From positions 1,568,856 to 1,632,855 of the forward strand of contig OZ252295.1 in the NCBI GenBank assembly GCA_965250195.1: a DNA stretch of 64,000 nucleotides, written 5' to 3'. The position numbers and the translations under genes are program-made. This DNA is from Dehalococcoidia bacterium (lineage in GTDB: Bacteria; Chloroflexota; Dehalococcoidia; Lucifugimonadales; UBA2962). The notes under the pieces were generated by a model. It was not told the origin of the DNA. It was given only the letters and a program-made list of their open reading frames with translations, and ran no database searches. Shown here piece after piece: positions 1-9,740 of this stretch. Each line of letters begins with the position of its first letter. Position 1 is the stretch's first letter.

Positions 1-60
1 GACGCCCTCTCTTTTTGTCCAGAGCGAACGGAGAGTGCATGGGGGTTGGATGTGGGGTAG

Positions 61-133
<73 letters not shown>

Positions 134-351
134 CCCAGGGGTCGTCCGGCTCCGACCTCTCCCAAATGCCCCCACATTTCTGCCGGGGTGAAAGAACGGA
201 GACGAATCGGGGGAATTTTATCTTCGCGCGGCCGGGCCGGTCAAGACGATGAAAAGCCCGTGCGCCCCTGTTTTACGGTTGCGCCGGGGTCCGGGCAAAG
301 CATAGAATTCGACCGTTCTCGCAGGCCATAGTGGTAGGCGTAATGGTAGGA

Positions 352-369
352 TTGTGAAGTTTTGCACGC
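352..369. promoter_or_regulatory. Rex-like operator upstream of ctaA
   Basis: TTGTGAA-GTTT-TGCACGC compared with the Rex consensus TTGTGAA-N4-TTCACAA. Confidence 0.5.
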
Positions 370-416
370 ACAAGCGTTCCCGTACCCGCCCTCTCCCAAT
401 AGTTGGATGATCTAAC

Positions 417-1421
417 GTGCAGCGTCCCCTCTCACAGGTCGCGGCCCCGTCGAGCGCCGGGCCGCTCATTTTCCGGTTGCTCATACTGGCCGCCATCATT
501 GCCGCCTTCTCCCAGATAACACTGGGCGCATTCGTAAGAGTTCTCGACGCCGGTTTGGCATGCGGCGACGACTGGCCGCTATGCGACGGCAGCTGGATAC
601 CCCCGTTCACGAAGGAGGTCATCCTCGAATACACTCATCGCCTCACCGCTGTGCTGCTGGGCATTTTCGTCCTCGCCGCCGTGGTATCCGTATGGCGGAT
701 GCACCGCGCCAACAAGGTTGTCTTCCGAGCTACGCTCGCCGCGTTCGTTCTCGTAATAGTCGCCGGAGCGTTTGGGGCCGCCACCGTAAAATCCGAGCTG
801 GGCTGGGGACTGCGACTGATCCACCTGGCCCTGGCTGAGGCGCTGATTGCAACCCTGGCCGTCGCTCTGGTCGGCGTCTGGCCGGTAAAAAACGCGCCCT
901 TCAACTCTCCGTCAGCTTCCACTATGGCCGCCGGTACGATGGCCATAGTTGTTATGACGGTACTGACGTTCGTAGTGCTGGTCTCCGGTTCAGTAGTAGT
1001 CGGCCTGGAGGCCTCAACTGCATGTGGGTCCTGGCCGTCGTGTAGCGGCAACAACTTCATCCCTTCGGGCGACTCCAAGTTCGCCATTCACATGGCGCAC
1101 CGCATCGTCGCCGGGCTCGCCGGGCTGCTCATTGTCGGCACCGCCGTGTGGACGTGGCGCATGCGCGAGTGGTGGCCGGGCGTGGGCGGCGCCTCGTTGC
1201 TGCTAATCGTGCTGCTCGTCGGCCAGGTATTTTTGGGCGCTGCCAACCCCTGGAGCGGGTTCGCCGACGGCTGGAAAGCGCTGCACGTCGCCGCAGCTAC
1301 GGCCACCTGGCTGGCCACGGCGGTCCTGGCCGCGCTCATCCTGGTGCCCAGATACTCCGAAGACTCGGGGCCGGACCCGGGAGCCGAGCGATTCCGCGAC
1401 CTGACAGCTTTGACCCAATGA
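417..1421 (+). CDS. ctaA: Heme A synthase (COX15/CtaA family)
   Basis: GLACGDDWPLC, EYTHR, ACGSWPSC and HMAHR motifs; about 8 TM helices; ATGA overlap with ctaB. Confidence 0.9.
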   Translation: MQRPLSQVAAPSSAGPLIFRLLILAAIIAAFSQITLGAFVRVLDAGLACGDDWPLCDGSWIPPFTKEVILEYTHRLTAVLLGIFVLAAVVSVWRMHRANKVVFRATLAAFVLVIVAGAFGAATVKSELGWGLRLIHLALAEALIATLAVALVGVWPVKNAPFNSPSASTMAAGTMAIVVMTVLTFVVLVSGSVVVGLEASTACGSWPSCSGNNFIPSGDSKFAIHMAHRIVAGLAGLLIVGTAVWTWRMREWWPGVGGASLLLIVLLVGQVFLGAANPWSGFADGWKALHVAAATATWLATAVLAALILVPRYSEDSGPDPGAERFRDLTALTQ

Positions 1422-2305
1422 CCGTTTCCGCATCGCCGTCGAGCGGACTGGTGCGCGACTACATCGCGTTGACCAAGCCGCGCATCATCGTCCTGCTTCT
1501 CGTCACGGCTCTGGGCGGCATGTTCCTGGCGGCGAAAGGCATCCCCGACGGCTCAACCATCGCTCTGGTGCTAGTAGGCGGCTCTCTGGCATCCGGTGGT
1601 GCCAACGCGATCAACCACTACCTCGACCGCGACATCGACCACAAGATGACCCGGACTCGCTCAAGGCCGGTAGCGGGAGGCCGCATCGTGCCCAGGGACG
1701 CGCTCATATTCGGAGTCGGTCTGAACATAGCCGCCTTCGCGCTGCTCAGCACCCTCGTCAACCCACTCAGCGCCGGTTTGACCCTCGCCGCCACCTTGGT
1801 CTACGTCTTCGTGTACACATTGGGACTAAAGAGAACCTCGCCCCAGAACATCGTTATCGGCGGTGCGGCCGGTGCGTTCCCCCCGATGGTCGGGTGGGCT
1901 GCGGTGCAGGGCGACATCGGCATCGCCGCCGTGTACTTATTCGCCATCGTCTTTTTCTGGACGCCGCCGCACTTCTGGGCGCTGGCGCTGATGCTCAAAG
2001 ATGACTACTCCGAGGCGGGCATTCCCATGTTGCCGGTGGTGAGGGGTGAGGCCGAGACCAAACGGGCCATCGTCCTCTACGCGATGCTTCTCCTGGCCCT
2101 GACGGAGATGTTCGTAGTCACCCGCGAGGTGGGATGGATCTACGGAGTCTCCGCCGCCGTGCTGGGACTCGGTTACCTCTACTATGCCGTGCGTCTGCTC
2201 ATCTCTCCGGGTATCGAGCGGGCCAAGCCGGCCTATCTGTTCTCGCTGGCGTATCTTGCTCTGCTTTTCACGGCCGTGATGATAGACGCCTCGGTGCTGT
2301 CATGA
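1418..2305 (+). CDS. ctaB: Protoheme IX farnesyltransferase (heme O synthase)
   Basis: LTKPRI, DRDIDHKMTRTRSRP and FFWTPPHFWALA motifs; start moved to ATG 1418, which overlaps the ctaA stop. Confidence 0.95.
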   Translation: MTVSASPSSGLVRDYIALTKPRIIVLLLVTALGGMFLAAKGIPDGSTIALVLVGGSLASGGANAINHYLDRDIDHKMTRTRSRPVAGGRIVPRDALIFGVGLNIAAFALLSTLVNPLSAGLTLAATLVYVFVYTLGLKRTSPQNIVIGGAAGAFPPMVGWAAVQGDIGIAAVYLFAIVFFWTPPHFWALALMLKDDYSEAGIPMLPVVRGEAETKRAIVLYAMLLLALTEMFVVTREVGWIYGVSAAVLGLGYLYYAVRLLISPGIERAKPAYLFSLAYLALLFTAVMIDASVLS

Positions 2306-2376
2306 CCGGCCTGCACGCGAGTCCCGAGCGAACATATTTTGGGCTACGGCTGGCTATAGACAGGCATAAATTGAGA

Positions 2377-2416
2377 TTGTGAAATGCTTGACTAGCGAAA
2401 AGTGCTCTGTTAGATT
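2377..2416 (+). promoter_or_regulatory. Sigma70-type promoter of ctaC overlapped by a Rex-like box
   Basis: TTGACT (2388-2393)-N17-TAGATT (2411-2416) with TG extension; TTGTGAA-ATGC-TTGACTA at 2377-2394 covers the -35. Confidence 0.6.
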
Positions 2417-2487
2417 TGCTAACCGTCGCAGGGGCTTTTAACCCCCTCGAATAACCGCCCCGAAGCAGGAGTTTCTGTTCCCGCGTA

Positions 2488-3531
2488 ATGTCGATTTTTA
2501 AGCGACGACCGTTAGTCGTATTCGCGGGATTGGCCCTGGCGCTCGCTGCGGCCTGTTCAGACCCCCACCCCCAATCGACCTTCGACGCCCAGGGACCGGT
2601 TTCGGCGTCCCAGGCCAATATCTTTTACATCATCATGTACGCCGGGCTGGTGGTGTTCATCGGGGTAATGGCGCTCATCATCTACGCCGCCATCAGGTAC
2701 AGGCGACGTTACACCGACAAGGACCCGGAGCAGGTTCACGGCAACTCCAACATGGAGATCGCCTGGACCGTGGCGCCCGCCCTGTTACTGGTGGCCGTCG
2801 CGATACCCTCACTGCAAACACTGTGGAACAACGCCATCTCGCCCGACCCCGATGCCATGACCGTTCGCGCCACCGCGAGCCAGTGGTGGTTCGAGTTCGA
2901 AATCGAGGAATTGGGCCTGGTCACAGCCAACGAGCTTCACATACCGGTTGGTGAAGTCATCAACTTCGACCTCGAGTCAAGGGACGTCATCCACAGCTTC
3001 TGGGTGCCCAAGCTGGGCGGCAAGCTCGACATGGTGCCCAACAACACCAACACCATGTGGCTGCAGGCCGACGAAGCCGGCAATTTCTTGGGTCAATGCG
3101 CCGAGTTCTGCGGCGAGTCCCACGCCAACATGCGTTTCAGGGTGATAGCCGAGTCACAAGAGGACTTCGATGCCTGGGTCGAGCACCAGCTGTTCGATGC
3201 GGTGGCGCCGTCCGACCCTCTTGTTCAGCAGGGTCACGACCTGTTCATGTCCATCGAGGCGGGCTGCTGGGCTTGCCACACCATCCGCGGCAGCGCCAAC
3301 GCCTTCGGCCAGGTGGGTCCAGACCTGACTCATTTCGCCAGCCGGGCGCACATGGCCTCCGGCATCATGGAAAACACCCACGAAAACCTGGTCCGCTGGC
3401 TGACCGATCCGGACTCCGTCAAGCGGGGTAACGTGATGGCCAGGGACGCGGCCGTATACAACGACCCCGACCAGGCGCTCACCGAGCCCGAGGTCGCTGC
3501 CCTCGCGTCATACCTGAGGAGCTTGGAATGA
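2488..3531 (+). CDS. ctaC: Cytochrome c oxidase subunit II with fused cytochrome c (caa3 type), lipoprotein
   Basis: Lipobox LAAAC; DVIHSFWVP; CuA motif CAEFCGESHANM; C-terminal heme c motif CWACH. Confidence 0.95.
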   Translation: MSIFKRRPLVVFAGLALALAAACSDPHPQSTFDAQGPVSASQANIFYIIMYAGLVVFIGVMALIIYAAIRYRRRYTDKDPEQVHGNSNMEIAWTVAPALLLVAVAIPSLQTLWNNAISPDPDAMTVRATASQWWFEFEIEELGLVTANELHIPVGEVINFDLESRDVIHSFWVPKLGGKLDMVPNNTNTMWLQADEAGNFLGQCAEFCGESHANMRFRVIAESQEDFDAWVEHQLFDAVAPSDPLVQQGHDLFMSIEAGCWACHTIRGSANAFGQVGPDLTHFASRAHMASGIMENTHENLVRWLTDPDSVKRGNVMARDAAVYNDPDQALTEPEVAALASYLRSLE

Positions 3532-5378
3532 CCACCCTCCCGATTCCTGTCATCAGCCGGCCGGTACATCCCGAGGGGGTATGGAACTGGGTCACGACCA
3601 TCGACCACAAGAAGATCGGCATCCTCTACGGTGTCACGGCCTTCATCAACTTCCTTATTGGTGGCATAGAGGCCCTCATCATGAGGGTGCAGTTGTCCGG
3701 CTCCAACGCCGACCTCGTCAGTCCCGAGGTCTTCAACCAGCTCTTCACCATGCACGGGACGACGATGATCTTCCTGGCGATCATGCCGCTCGGGGCCGCC
3801 TTCTTCAACTACATGATCCCGCTACAGATAGGCGCACGCGATGTCGCGTTCCCCAGGCTCAACGCTTTCAGCTACTGGGTCTTCCTCGCCGGTACGTTAA
3901 TACTGCACCTGAGCTGGTTCCTCGGTGAGTCCCCGAACGCCGGATGGTTCGCCTACGCTCCGCTCACAGAGCTGGCATACAACCCCGGCCACGGCATCGA
4001 CTTCTGGGTCGTAGGCTTGCAGGTCCTTGGCATCGCATCGCTGGCGGCCGCGTTCAACTTCGTCGTGACCATCATCAACATGCGGGCGCCGGGCATGAGC
4101 ATGATGCGCATGCCGCTGTTTACCTGGATGACGCTCATAACGGCCATTCTGCTCGTACTGGCCTTCCCGGTCATCACCGTCGCGCTCATTGAGCTGCTGT
4201 TTGACCGCAACTACGGCATGAACTTCTTCTTCGCGGCGGCCGGGGGCGACCCGGTACTGTGGCAGCACCTGTTCTGGGTCTTCGGTCACCCGGAGGTATA
4301 CATCCTCATCCTGCCCGCCATGGGCGTTGTGTCCGAGATTCTGCCGACATTCTCCAAAAAGCCCCTGTTCGGCTACTCCACCGTCGTGCTGGCGGGAGTA
4401 ATAATCGCGTTCATGGGTTGGCTCGTGTGGAGCCACCACATGTTCACCGTGGGGTTGGGGCCCATACCCAACTCGGTGTTCACCATTACCACCATGGCCA
4501 TCGCGATTCCGACCGGGATCAAGATATTCAACTGGATATTCACTATCTGGAAGGGCTCAATAGACTTCAGAACCCCCATGCTGTTCGCTGTCGGGTTCAT
4601 AGTCACCTTCACCATCGGAGGCATAAGCGGCGTTATGCACGCCATGTCGGCGTCCGACGCCCAGCAACAGGACACATACTTCGTCGTCGCCCACTTCCAC
4701 TACGTCCTGTTCGGCGGCGCAATAATGGCCCTTTTTGGAGCCATCTACTATTGGTTCCCCAAGTTCTCCGGCAGGAGGTACAACGAGGGCCAGGGCAAGA
4801 TGCACTTCTGGCTCATGTTCATCGGCCAGACCCTCACCTTCTTCCCCATGCACTTTTTGGGCATGGACGGGATGCCCCGCCGCATCTACACCTACGGTGC
4901 GGACATGGGCTGGACCGAGATCAACGCACTTCAGACCGCTGGCGGCTTCATCATCGCTTTGTCGATCCTGATCATGATGAAGAACATCATCAGCAGCTGG
5001 CGCTCCGGGCCGGTCGCGCCTAGCGATCCCTGGGACGCCAGGACACTTGAGTGGTCGATCTCCTCTCCGCCGCCGGAGTACAACTTCGAAGAGATACCCC
5101 TGGTGCAGGACCGTGACGACTGGTGGGCCCGCAAGCGCGGCCTGGTCCCGCAGCAGGCGCCTTCCGGTGGCTCCGGCGACGGGCACGGCATCCACCTGCC
5201 TCAGCCCTCGTTCTGGCCGCTGGTGACCGCGATCGGCATATTCATCGGCGCCTGGGGCGCCATCTACAGCGTCCCGGTGCTCATAATCGGCGCGGCGATC
5301 ATGGTGGTCGGCGTTTACGCCTGGTCATTTGAGCCGGTCAACGACCCTGAACCCGAAGCCACGGGCGAGCAGAGCTAA
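3528..5378 (+). CDS. ctaD: Cytochrome c oxidase subunit I (A1 type), with two extra C-terminal helices
   Basis: TMHG, WVFGHPEVY, VWSHH and VAHFHY ligand motifs; C-terminal HLPQPSFWP segment resembles the subunit III N-terminus, as in Bacillus caa3 and E. coli bo3. Confidence 0.97.
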   Translation: MTTLPIPVISRPVHPEGVWNWVTTIDHKKIGILYGVTAFINFLIGGIEALIMRVQLSGSNADLVSPEVFNQLFTMHGTTMIFLAIMPLGAAFFNYMIPLQIGARDVAFPRLNAFSYWVFLAGTLILHLSWFLGESPNAGWFAYAPLTELAYNPGHGIDFWVVGLQVLGIASLAAAFNFVVTIINMRAPGMSMMRMPLFTWMTLITAILLVLAFPVITVALIELLFDRNYGMNFFFAAAGGDPVLWQHLFWVFGHPEVYILILPAMGVVSEILPTFSKKPLFGYSTVVLAGVIIAFMGWLVWSHHMFTVGLGPIPNSVFTITTMAIAIPTGIKIFNWIFTIWKGSIDFRTPMLFAVGFIVTFTIGGISGVMHAMSASDAQQQDTYFVVAHFHYVLFGGAIMALFGAIYYWFPKFSGRRYNEGQGKMHFWLMFIGQTLTFFPMHFLGMDGMPRRIYTYGADMGWTEINALQTAGGFIIALSILIMMKNIISSWRSGPVAPSDPWDARTLEWSISSPPPEYNFEEIPLVQDRDDWWARKRGLVPQQAPSGGSGDGHGIHLPQPSFWPLVTAIGIFIGAWGAIYSVPVLIIGAAIMVVGVYAWSFEPVNDPEPEATGEQS

Positions 5379-5393
5379 CGGGGCGATTCGAAA

Positions 5394-6194
5394 ATGACTA
5401 CTTCAGAAGACATGGCACAGGCGCCCAATGCCCATGAGGCGTCAGCCTCCGAGCCGCAACCCCCCGTGCAGCAATCGGGCGGTGACCACGAAGCGACCAC
5501 CACCGGTCTGAGCCACAGGAAGCTGCTCATGTGGGCGTTCCTGGGTTCGGATTGCATGTTCTTCGGCACCCTCATAGCTACTTACCTCGTGTACAAGGGC
5601 AAGAGCACGGCCGGGCCACTCCCCGAGGACGTGTTCAGCATCCCCGTAACCTCGGTCAGCACCTTCGTGCTTCTTATGAGTTCGATGAGCATGGTGCTCG
5701 CCTACGCCGCCCTGCGGCGCGGATCTATAAAGGGCTACCGGGTCTGGCTGCTCTCTACAATCCTCCTCGGGTCGACCTTCCTGGGCTTCCAGACATTCGA
5801 ATTCTTCGAGTTCGTCAACCACGAAGTAACCATCGACTGTCACGAATACGCCGCGGACCCGGACGAGGACTCCCAGTTCGAGTCGGGCATCGCCGAGGCC
5901 GAGTGCACCGAGGGAGTCGACGAGTACGAAGGCACCCACGGCCTGACCCCGCGGACCAACCTGTTCGGCACGACCTTCTTTACCCTTACAGGGTTGCATG
6001 GCACCCACGTGACCATCGGCGTCATCTGGCTGCTGGCCTTGTTTTTCTACTCGTTCAAAAAGGGCGGCGTCACCCCGGCCCGCCACCTCGACACCGACCT
6101 GGCCGCGCTCTACTGGCACTTTGTCGACGTCGTGTGGATAGTCATCTTCCCTGTGGTTTATCTATTCGGAGTGTTTGAGGGGTTCCCCACTTAG
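5394..6194 (+). CDS. ctaE: Cytochrome c oxidase subunit III
   Basis: MWAFLGSDCMFF, FFTLTGLHGTHV and YWHFVDVVW motifs; operon position. Confidence 0.93.
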   Translation: MTTSEDMAQAPNAHEASASEPQPPVQQSGGDHEATTTGLSHRKLLMWAFLGSDCMFFGTLIATYLVYKGKSTAGPLPEDVFSIPVTSVSTFVLLMSSMSMVLAYAALRRGSIKGYRVWLLSTILLGSTFLGFQTFEFFEFVNHEVTIDCHEYAADPDEDSQFESGIAEAECTEGVDEYEGTHGLTPRTNLFGTTFFTLTGLHGTHVTIGVIWLLALFFYSFKKGGVTPARHLDTDLAALYWHFVDVVWIVIFPVVYLFGVFEGFPT

Positions 6195-6197
6195 GCC

Positions 6198-6548
6198 ATG
6201 TCAACCGAACAGATGACAGACGACCAAACTCTCGCCGTAGGGGCAGGGCCCACAGGGGGAGAAACCCACAGCGAGCACCCCACACCGCTAATCTACTTCA
6301 AGGTGGCGATGACCCTTGTGGTCCTGACCATCCTGGAAGTCGTCCTTTTCCTCGTTGATGCCCTGAGCTACGGCATCATCCCCGTCATCGCCGTCCTGTC
6401 GGTCGCCAAGTTCGTGTTGGTGGGCATGTTCTACATGCACCTGCGCTACGACCACAAGCTCTTTTACACCATGTTCGTGTCAGGGCTCATCCTGGCCGTC
6501 AGCGTGGTCTTCGCGGTGATTGGCCTGTTCAGCTGGTTCGACGTATAG
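6198..6548 (+). CDS. ctaF: Cytochrome c oxidase subunit IV family protein
   Basis: Three TM helices, KFxLVxxFYMHLRYD motif, follows subunit III. Confidence 0.85.
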   Translation: MSTEQMTDDQTLAVGAGPTGGETHSEHPTPLIYFKVAMTLVVLTILEVVLFLVDALSYGIIPVIAVLSVAKFVLVGMFYMHLRYDHKLFYTMFVSGLILAVSVVFAVIGLFSWFDV

Positions 6549-6575
6549 GGCCGTTAGGCCAGACCGAGCCGCCCA

Positions 6576-7451
6576 TTGCCCGATAGCTCTCCCGTTTGGA
6601 ACCATTGGCACGCCCACCCGGACGTGATCATTGGCCTGGCAGCGCTCCTCGGAGCTTACCTGTACGCCGTTGGCCCTCTCCGCGTTCGCCTGGGTCTGGC
6701 ACAAGAGATCGAGCCCCGGCAGGTGGCCATGTTCACGGCCGGTGTGCTGATCATCCTACTGGCGCTGACGTCGCCGCTGCACGAGTTGAGCAACAACTAC
6801 CTGTTCTCCGCTCACATGGTCCAGCACGTGCTACTCACCCTGGTCGCGCCCCCGCTTCTGATCGCCGGTACGCCTGGGTGGGCGCTTACTCCAGTTCTCA
6901 GGGTCCGGCCAATCCGTGTCGTTGCCAGAGTGCTGACACACCCCATCGTGGCGTTCGCGGCATTCAACCTCATGTTCTCGTTTTGGCACTTCCCGGCGCT
7001 GTACGCGGGTTCCGTCAACTTCCACGGCATCCACATTGCCGAGCACCTCGCGTTCATGGCGACCGGTGTGATGGTGTGGTGGCCGCTGATGAGCAACTCG
7101 CCCGAGTTGCCCCGTCTATCGGAACCCATGCAGATGATCTACCTCCTGTTCATGTCCATCGCCCAGATACTGGTATTCGCCCCGATCACGTTCGCCGAGC
7201 AGCCCATATACCAGTACTATGTCGATGCGCCAGGCATCTGGGGCGTAAGCGACCTCGCCGACCAGCAGGTGGGCGGATTGATTATGAAGGTCGGCGGCGG
7301 CGTATTGTTCATGACCCTCCTGGTGGTCACCTTCTTTAGGTGGTACGCGCGGGAAGAGGCCGAAAGTGCCGCCGAGCGCCGAGAAAATCTGCGCCTCGCG
7401 GGCGGGATGCGGCAAGTGCGGGTCCGCGGTGTCGGTCCGTCGCGCCCATAG
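6576..7451 (+). CDS. ctaG: caa3-type oxidase assembly factor CtaG
   Basis: FSAHMVQH, WHFP and DQQVGGLIMK motifs. Confidence 0.88.
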   Translation: MPDSSPVWNHWHAHPDVIIGLAALLGAYLYAVGPLRVRLGLAQEIEPRQVAMFTAGVLIILLALTSPLHELSNNYLFSAHMVQHVLLTLVAPPLLIAGTPGWALTPVLRVRPIRVVARVLTHPIVAFAAFNLMFSFWHFPALYAGSVNFHGIHIAEHLAFMATGVMVWWPLMSNSPELPRLSEPMQMIYLLFMSIAQILVFAPITFAEQPIYQYYVDAPGIWGVSDLADQQVGGLIMKVGGGVLFMTLLVVTFFRWYAREEAESAAERRENLRLAGGMRQVRVRGVGPSRP

Positions 7452-7499
7452 CGCTTCGCATTAGAATACGAACAAGTTGGAGAAAACCCGGAGAAAAAC

Positions 7500-7718
7500 A
7501 TGAACCCAGACCAGATGAAACTCGCCATGTTGATCCCCATAATCTCCGTCGTCATAGTGGCGGTGGTCGGCGGGGGGCTGGGGTTCATATTCATCGGCGC
7601 GGGCAAGGCGGGGGCTGGTGAGTGGGGCGCAATAGTCATCGGGTTGGCGCTGGTGGTCCTGGTTCCGGTGGCGGCGTTCTTGATCGAGCGGTCGTTCGAC
7701 AAAAAAACGACCGGCTAA
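7500..7718 (+). CDS. Small two-TM membrane protein within the cta operon
   Basis: 72 aa, two hydrophobic helices, GGAGA SD upstream, located between ctaG and sco. Confidence 0.7.
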   Translation: MNPDQMKLAMLIPIISVVIVAVVGGGLGFIFIGAGKAGAGEWGAIVIGLALVVLVPVAAFLIERSFDKKTTG

Positions 7719-7762
7719 TCGCCCGGCAAGCCGCGGTCCATCAGGGCCGCGAGGGAGAGGGT

Positions 7763-8452
7763 GTGCCGGGACCAGCGAGGTGGAGGGTGAGGCGGTCGGC
7801 GCTGTTGGGAGTGGCGGCCATCATGACGGCGGTGTTGCTGGCGGCTTGCGGAGAATCGAGCCCGGCCGAGCTACGGGGCACCATCCTTAACCCACCGCAG
7901 CGGGCCACCGATTTCACACTCGTCGACCAGTTTGGCGAATCGGTGTCTCTCTCACAAAAGCGGGGCGAGGTAGTCGTCCTGACCTTCCTGTACACATACT
8001 GTCCGGACATCTGTCCGGTTGTCGCCAGCCACCTCACCGACATCCATGAGCAGCTAGCCAAGGACGGTGACATCGTCAAAGCGTTCTCCATAATCGCGGT
8101 GAGCGTGGATCCGGAGCGTGACACGGTCGAGCGCGCCCACGAGTACTCCACCCAGTACGGCATGCTTAGCGATTGGGCCTACTTAGTCGGCACCGAGTCC
8201 GAGCTGTCTGAGATCTGGGACGCCTACTACGTGTCTCCCGCCCCCAGACAGGGCGACGAGCCGGAGACCGACCCTCTGGACCAGGACGGTTCGATAGACG
8301 CGCTGCTCGACCTCATCGGCGCCGCCTACACCGTCGATCACCAGGCACCCGTCTACGTCATCGACCGCGATGGCATGATGCGCTCGCTCTTCACGCTGCC
8401 GTTCAGCCCCGAGGACATCGCAGCCGACGTTCGATCCCTGTTAGGCCGATAG
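7763..8452 (+). CDS. SCO1/SenC copper chaperone, lipoprotein (start uncertain: 7763, 7787 or 7823)
   Basis: FLYTYCPDIC (CxxxC), SVDPERD and VDH motifs; lipobox LAAC. Confidence 0.88.
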   Translation: MPGPARWRVRRSALLGVAAIMTAVLLAACGESSPAELRGTILNPPQRATDFTLVDQFGESVSLSQKRGEVVVLTFLYTYCPDICPVVASHLTDIHEQLAKDGDIVKAFSIIAVSVDPERDTVERAHEYSTQYGMLSDWAYLVGTESELSEIWDAYYVSPAPRQGDEPETDPLDQDGSIDALLDLIGAAYTVDHQAPVYVIDRDGMMRSLFTLPFSPEDIAADVRSLLGR

Positions 8453-8474
8453 CGCCGCCCTAAACGGGCGCAAG

Positions 8475-8503
8475 AAGGCCCGCCGTGCGGGGGCGGGCCT
8501 TTT
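8475..8503. terminator. Rho-independent terminator between convergent sco and rplT (possibly bidirectional)
   Basis: AAGGCCCGCC-7 nt loop-GGCGGGCCTT followed by a T run. Confidence 0.75.
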
Positions 8504-8533
8504 GGCTTGTTGAGGTGTAAGGACGGGAACTTG

Positions 8534-8899
8534 TTAGGCGGCGGCGGCGAGCTGCTCCTTGGCCTTATCGACGACAGCCTCGAACCCGGCGGGGTCCAGG
8601 AGTGCCAGATCGGCCAGCATCTTCCGGTCGATCGCTGCGCCCGCCAGTTTCAGGCCGTGGATAAGCCTGCTATACGAGAGGCCGTTCAGTCGGGCCGCGG
8701 CGCCGATTCTGACGTTCCACAGCCTGCGCATGTCGCCCTTTTTCTCCCTGCGGTGTGCGTAGGCGTAAGACAGAGCGTGGAGCATCGACTCGTTCGCCTG
8801 CCTGAACAGGTTGTGTCTGCCGGAGTGATGACCCTTGGTCAGCTTCAGCAACTTCTTGTGGCGACGGCGCTTGGTGACGCCTCGTTTAATCCTGGTCAT
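8534..8899 (-). CDS. rplT: 50S ribosomal protein L20
   Basis: MTRIKRGVT...RRLWNVRI...IDRKMLADLA; start set to ATG 8899. Confidence 0.97.
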   Translation of the reverse strand: MTRIKRGVTKRRRHKKLLKLTKGHHSGRHNLFRQANESMLHALSYAYAHRREKKGDMRRLWNVRIGAAARLNGLSYSRLIHGLKLAGAAIDRKMLADLALLDPAGFEAVVDKAKEQLAAAA

Positions 8900-8961
8900 G
8901 TCAGCTCTCTCTGGGGTGGGGTGCCCGGACGGCACCCGGACGACGCCCGAACAACGAAGGT

Positions 8962-9165
8962 TTAGGGCAAGCCGTTGGGAAGAAGCCTTCTCAGGTTCTT
9001 CTCATCGGCCTTGGCCACCGGCAGCTTGTGCGAATAGAGCCGCTTGGTGCTGGCGGGTTTCTTGCGCCGCAGGTGGCTGCGGTGCCCCTTCATGCGGCGA
9101 AGCTTGCCTGTTCCGGTAATGCGGAAGCGGGCGGCCGCCCCCTTGTGGGTTTTTAGCTTGGGCAT
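8962..9165 (-). CDS. rpmI: 50S ribosomal protein L35
   Basis: MPKLKTHKGAAARFRITGTGK; synteny infC-rpmI-rplT. Confidence 0.97.
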   Translation of the reverse strand: MPKLKTHKGAAARFRITGTGKLRRMKGHRSHLRRKKPASTKRLYSHKLPVAKADEKNLRRLLPNGLP

Positions 9166-9170
9166 TTTCT

Positions 9171-9740
9171 TTATTGACTCGCTGCCATTGAAGGCTCCGA
9201 CTCGGTCCCCGTTGTGGGCTTGTTTTTCGCGGGCATCAGGATCATCGTCAAAAAGCGGCCCTCAAACGATGGGGCCTTCTCCACCAGTGCATCCTCGGTA
9301 AGTTCGTCAGCCACCGCCTTGAGCACGCTCATGCCCACCTCGGGGTGGGTGATCTCCCGCCCCCGGAACATCACAGATACCTTAACCTTCGCTCCTCGAC
9401 TGAGGAGCCTTTTGACCAGTCGGGTCTTGGCGCTCCTGTCGTGAATGCCGATGCGGGTCTTGAAGCGCACTTCCCGCAGTTCGTTCGTCGTTTTGGACTT
9501 CTGTGCCTTGCGGGCGGAGCGTTCCTTGCGGCTGGCCTCGTACCGGAACCGTCCGTAGTCCATTATCCGGCACACGGGCGGCCGTGCGGACGGAGCTACC
9601 TCGACCAGGTCGAGCCCTCGTCCCTCGGCCAGGGCAATGGCCTCGTTCGTGGGCATGACGCCAAGCTGCCCCCCCTCTTCGTCGACCAGCCGGACCTCCC
9701 GAATTCGTATGCGCCCGTTGACTCGGTAGTCTTTAGCTAT
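9171..9740 (-). CDS. infC: Translation initiation factor IF-3, non-canonical ATA start
   Basis: Frame extends 28 codons above the track start (AKDYRVNGRIRIREVRLVDEEGGQLGV) to ATA at 9740, 7 nt after GGGGG; LDLVEVAP and PPVCRIMDYG motifs. Confidence 0.93.
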   Translation of the reverse strand: MAKDYRVNGRIRIREVRLVDEEGGQLGVMPTNEAIALAEGRGLDLVEVAPSARPPVCRIMDYGRFRYEASRKERSARKAQKSKTTNELREVRFKTRIGIHDRSAKTRLVKRLLSRGAKVKVSVMFRGREITHPEVGMSVLKAVADELTEDALVEKAPSFEGRFLTMILMPAKNKPTTGTESEPSMAASQ

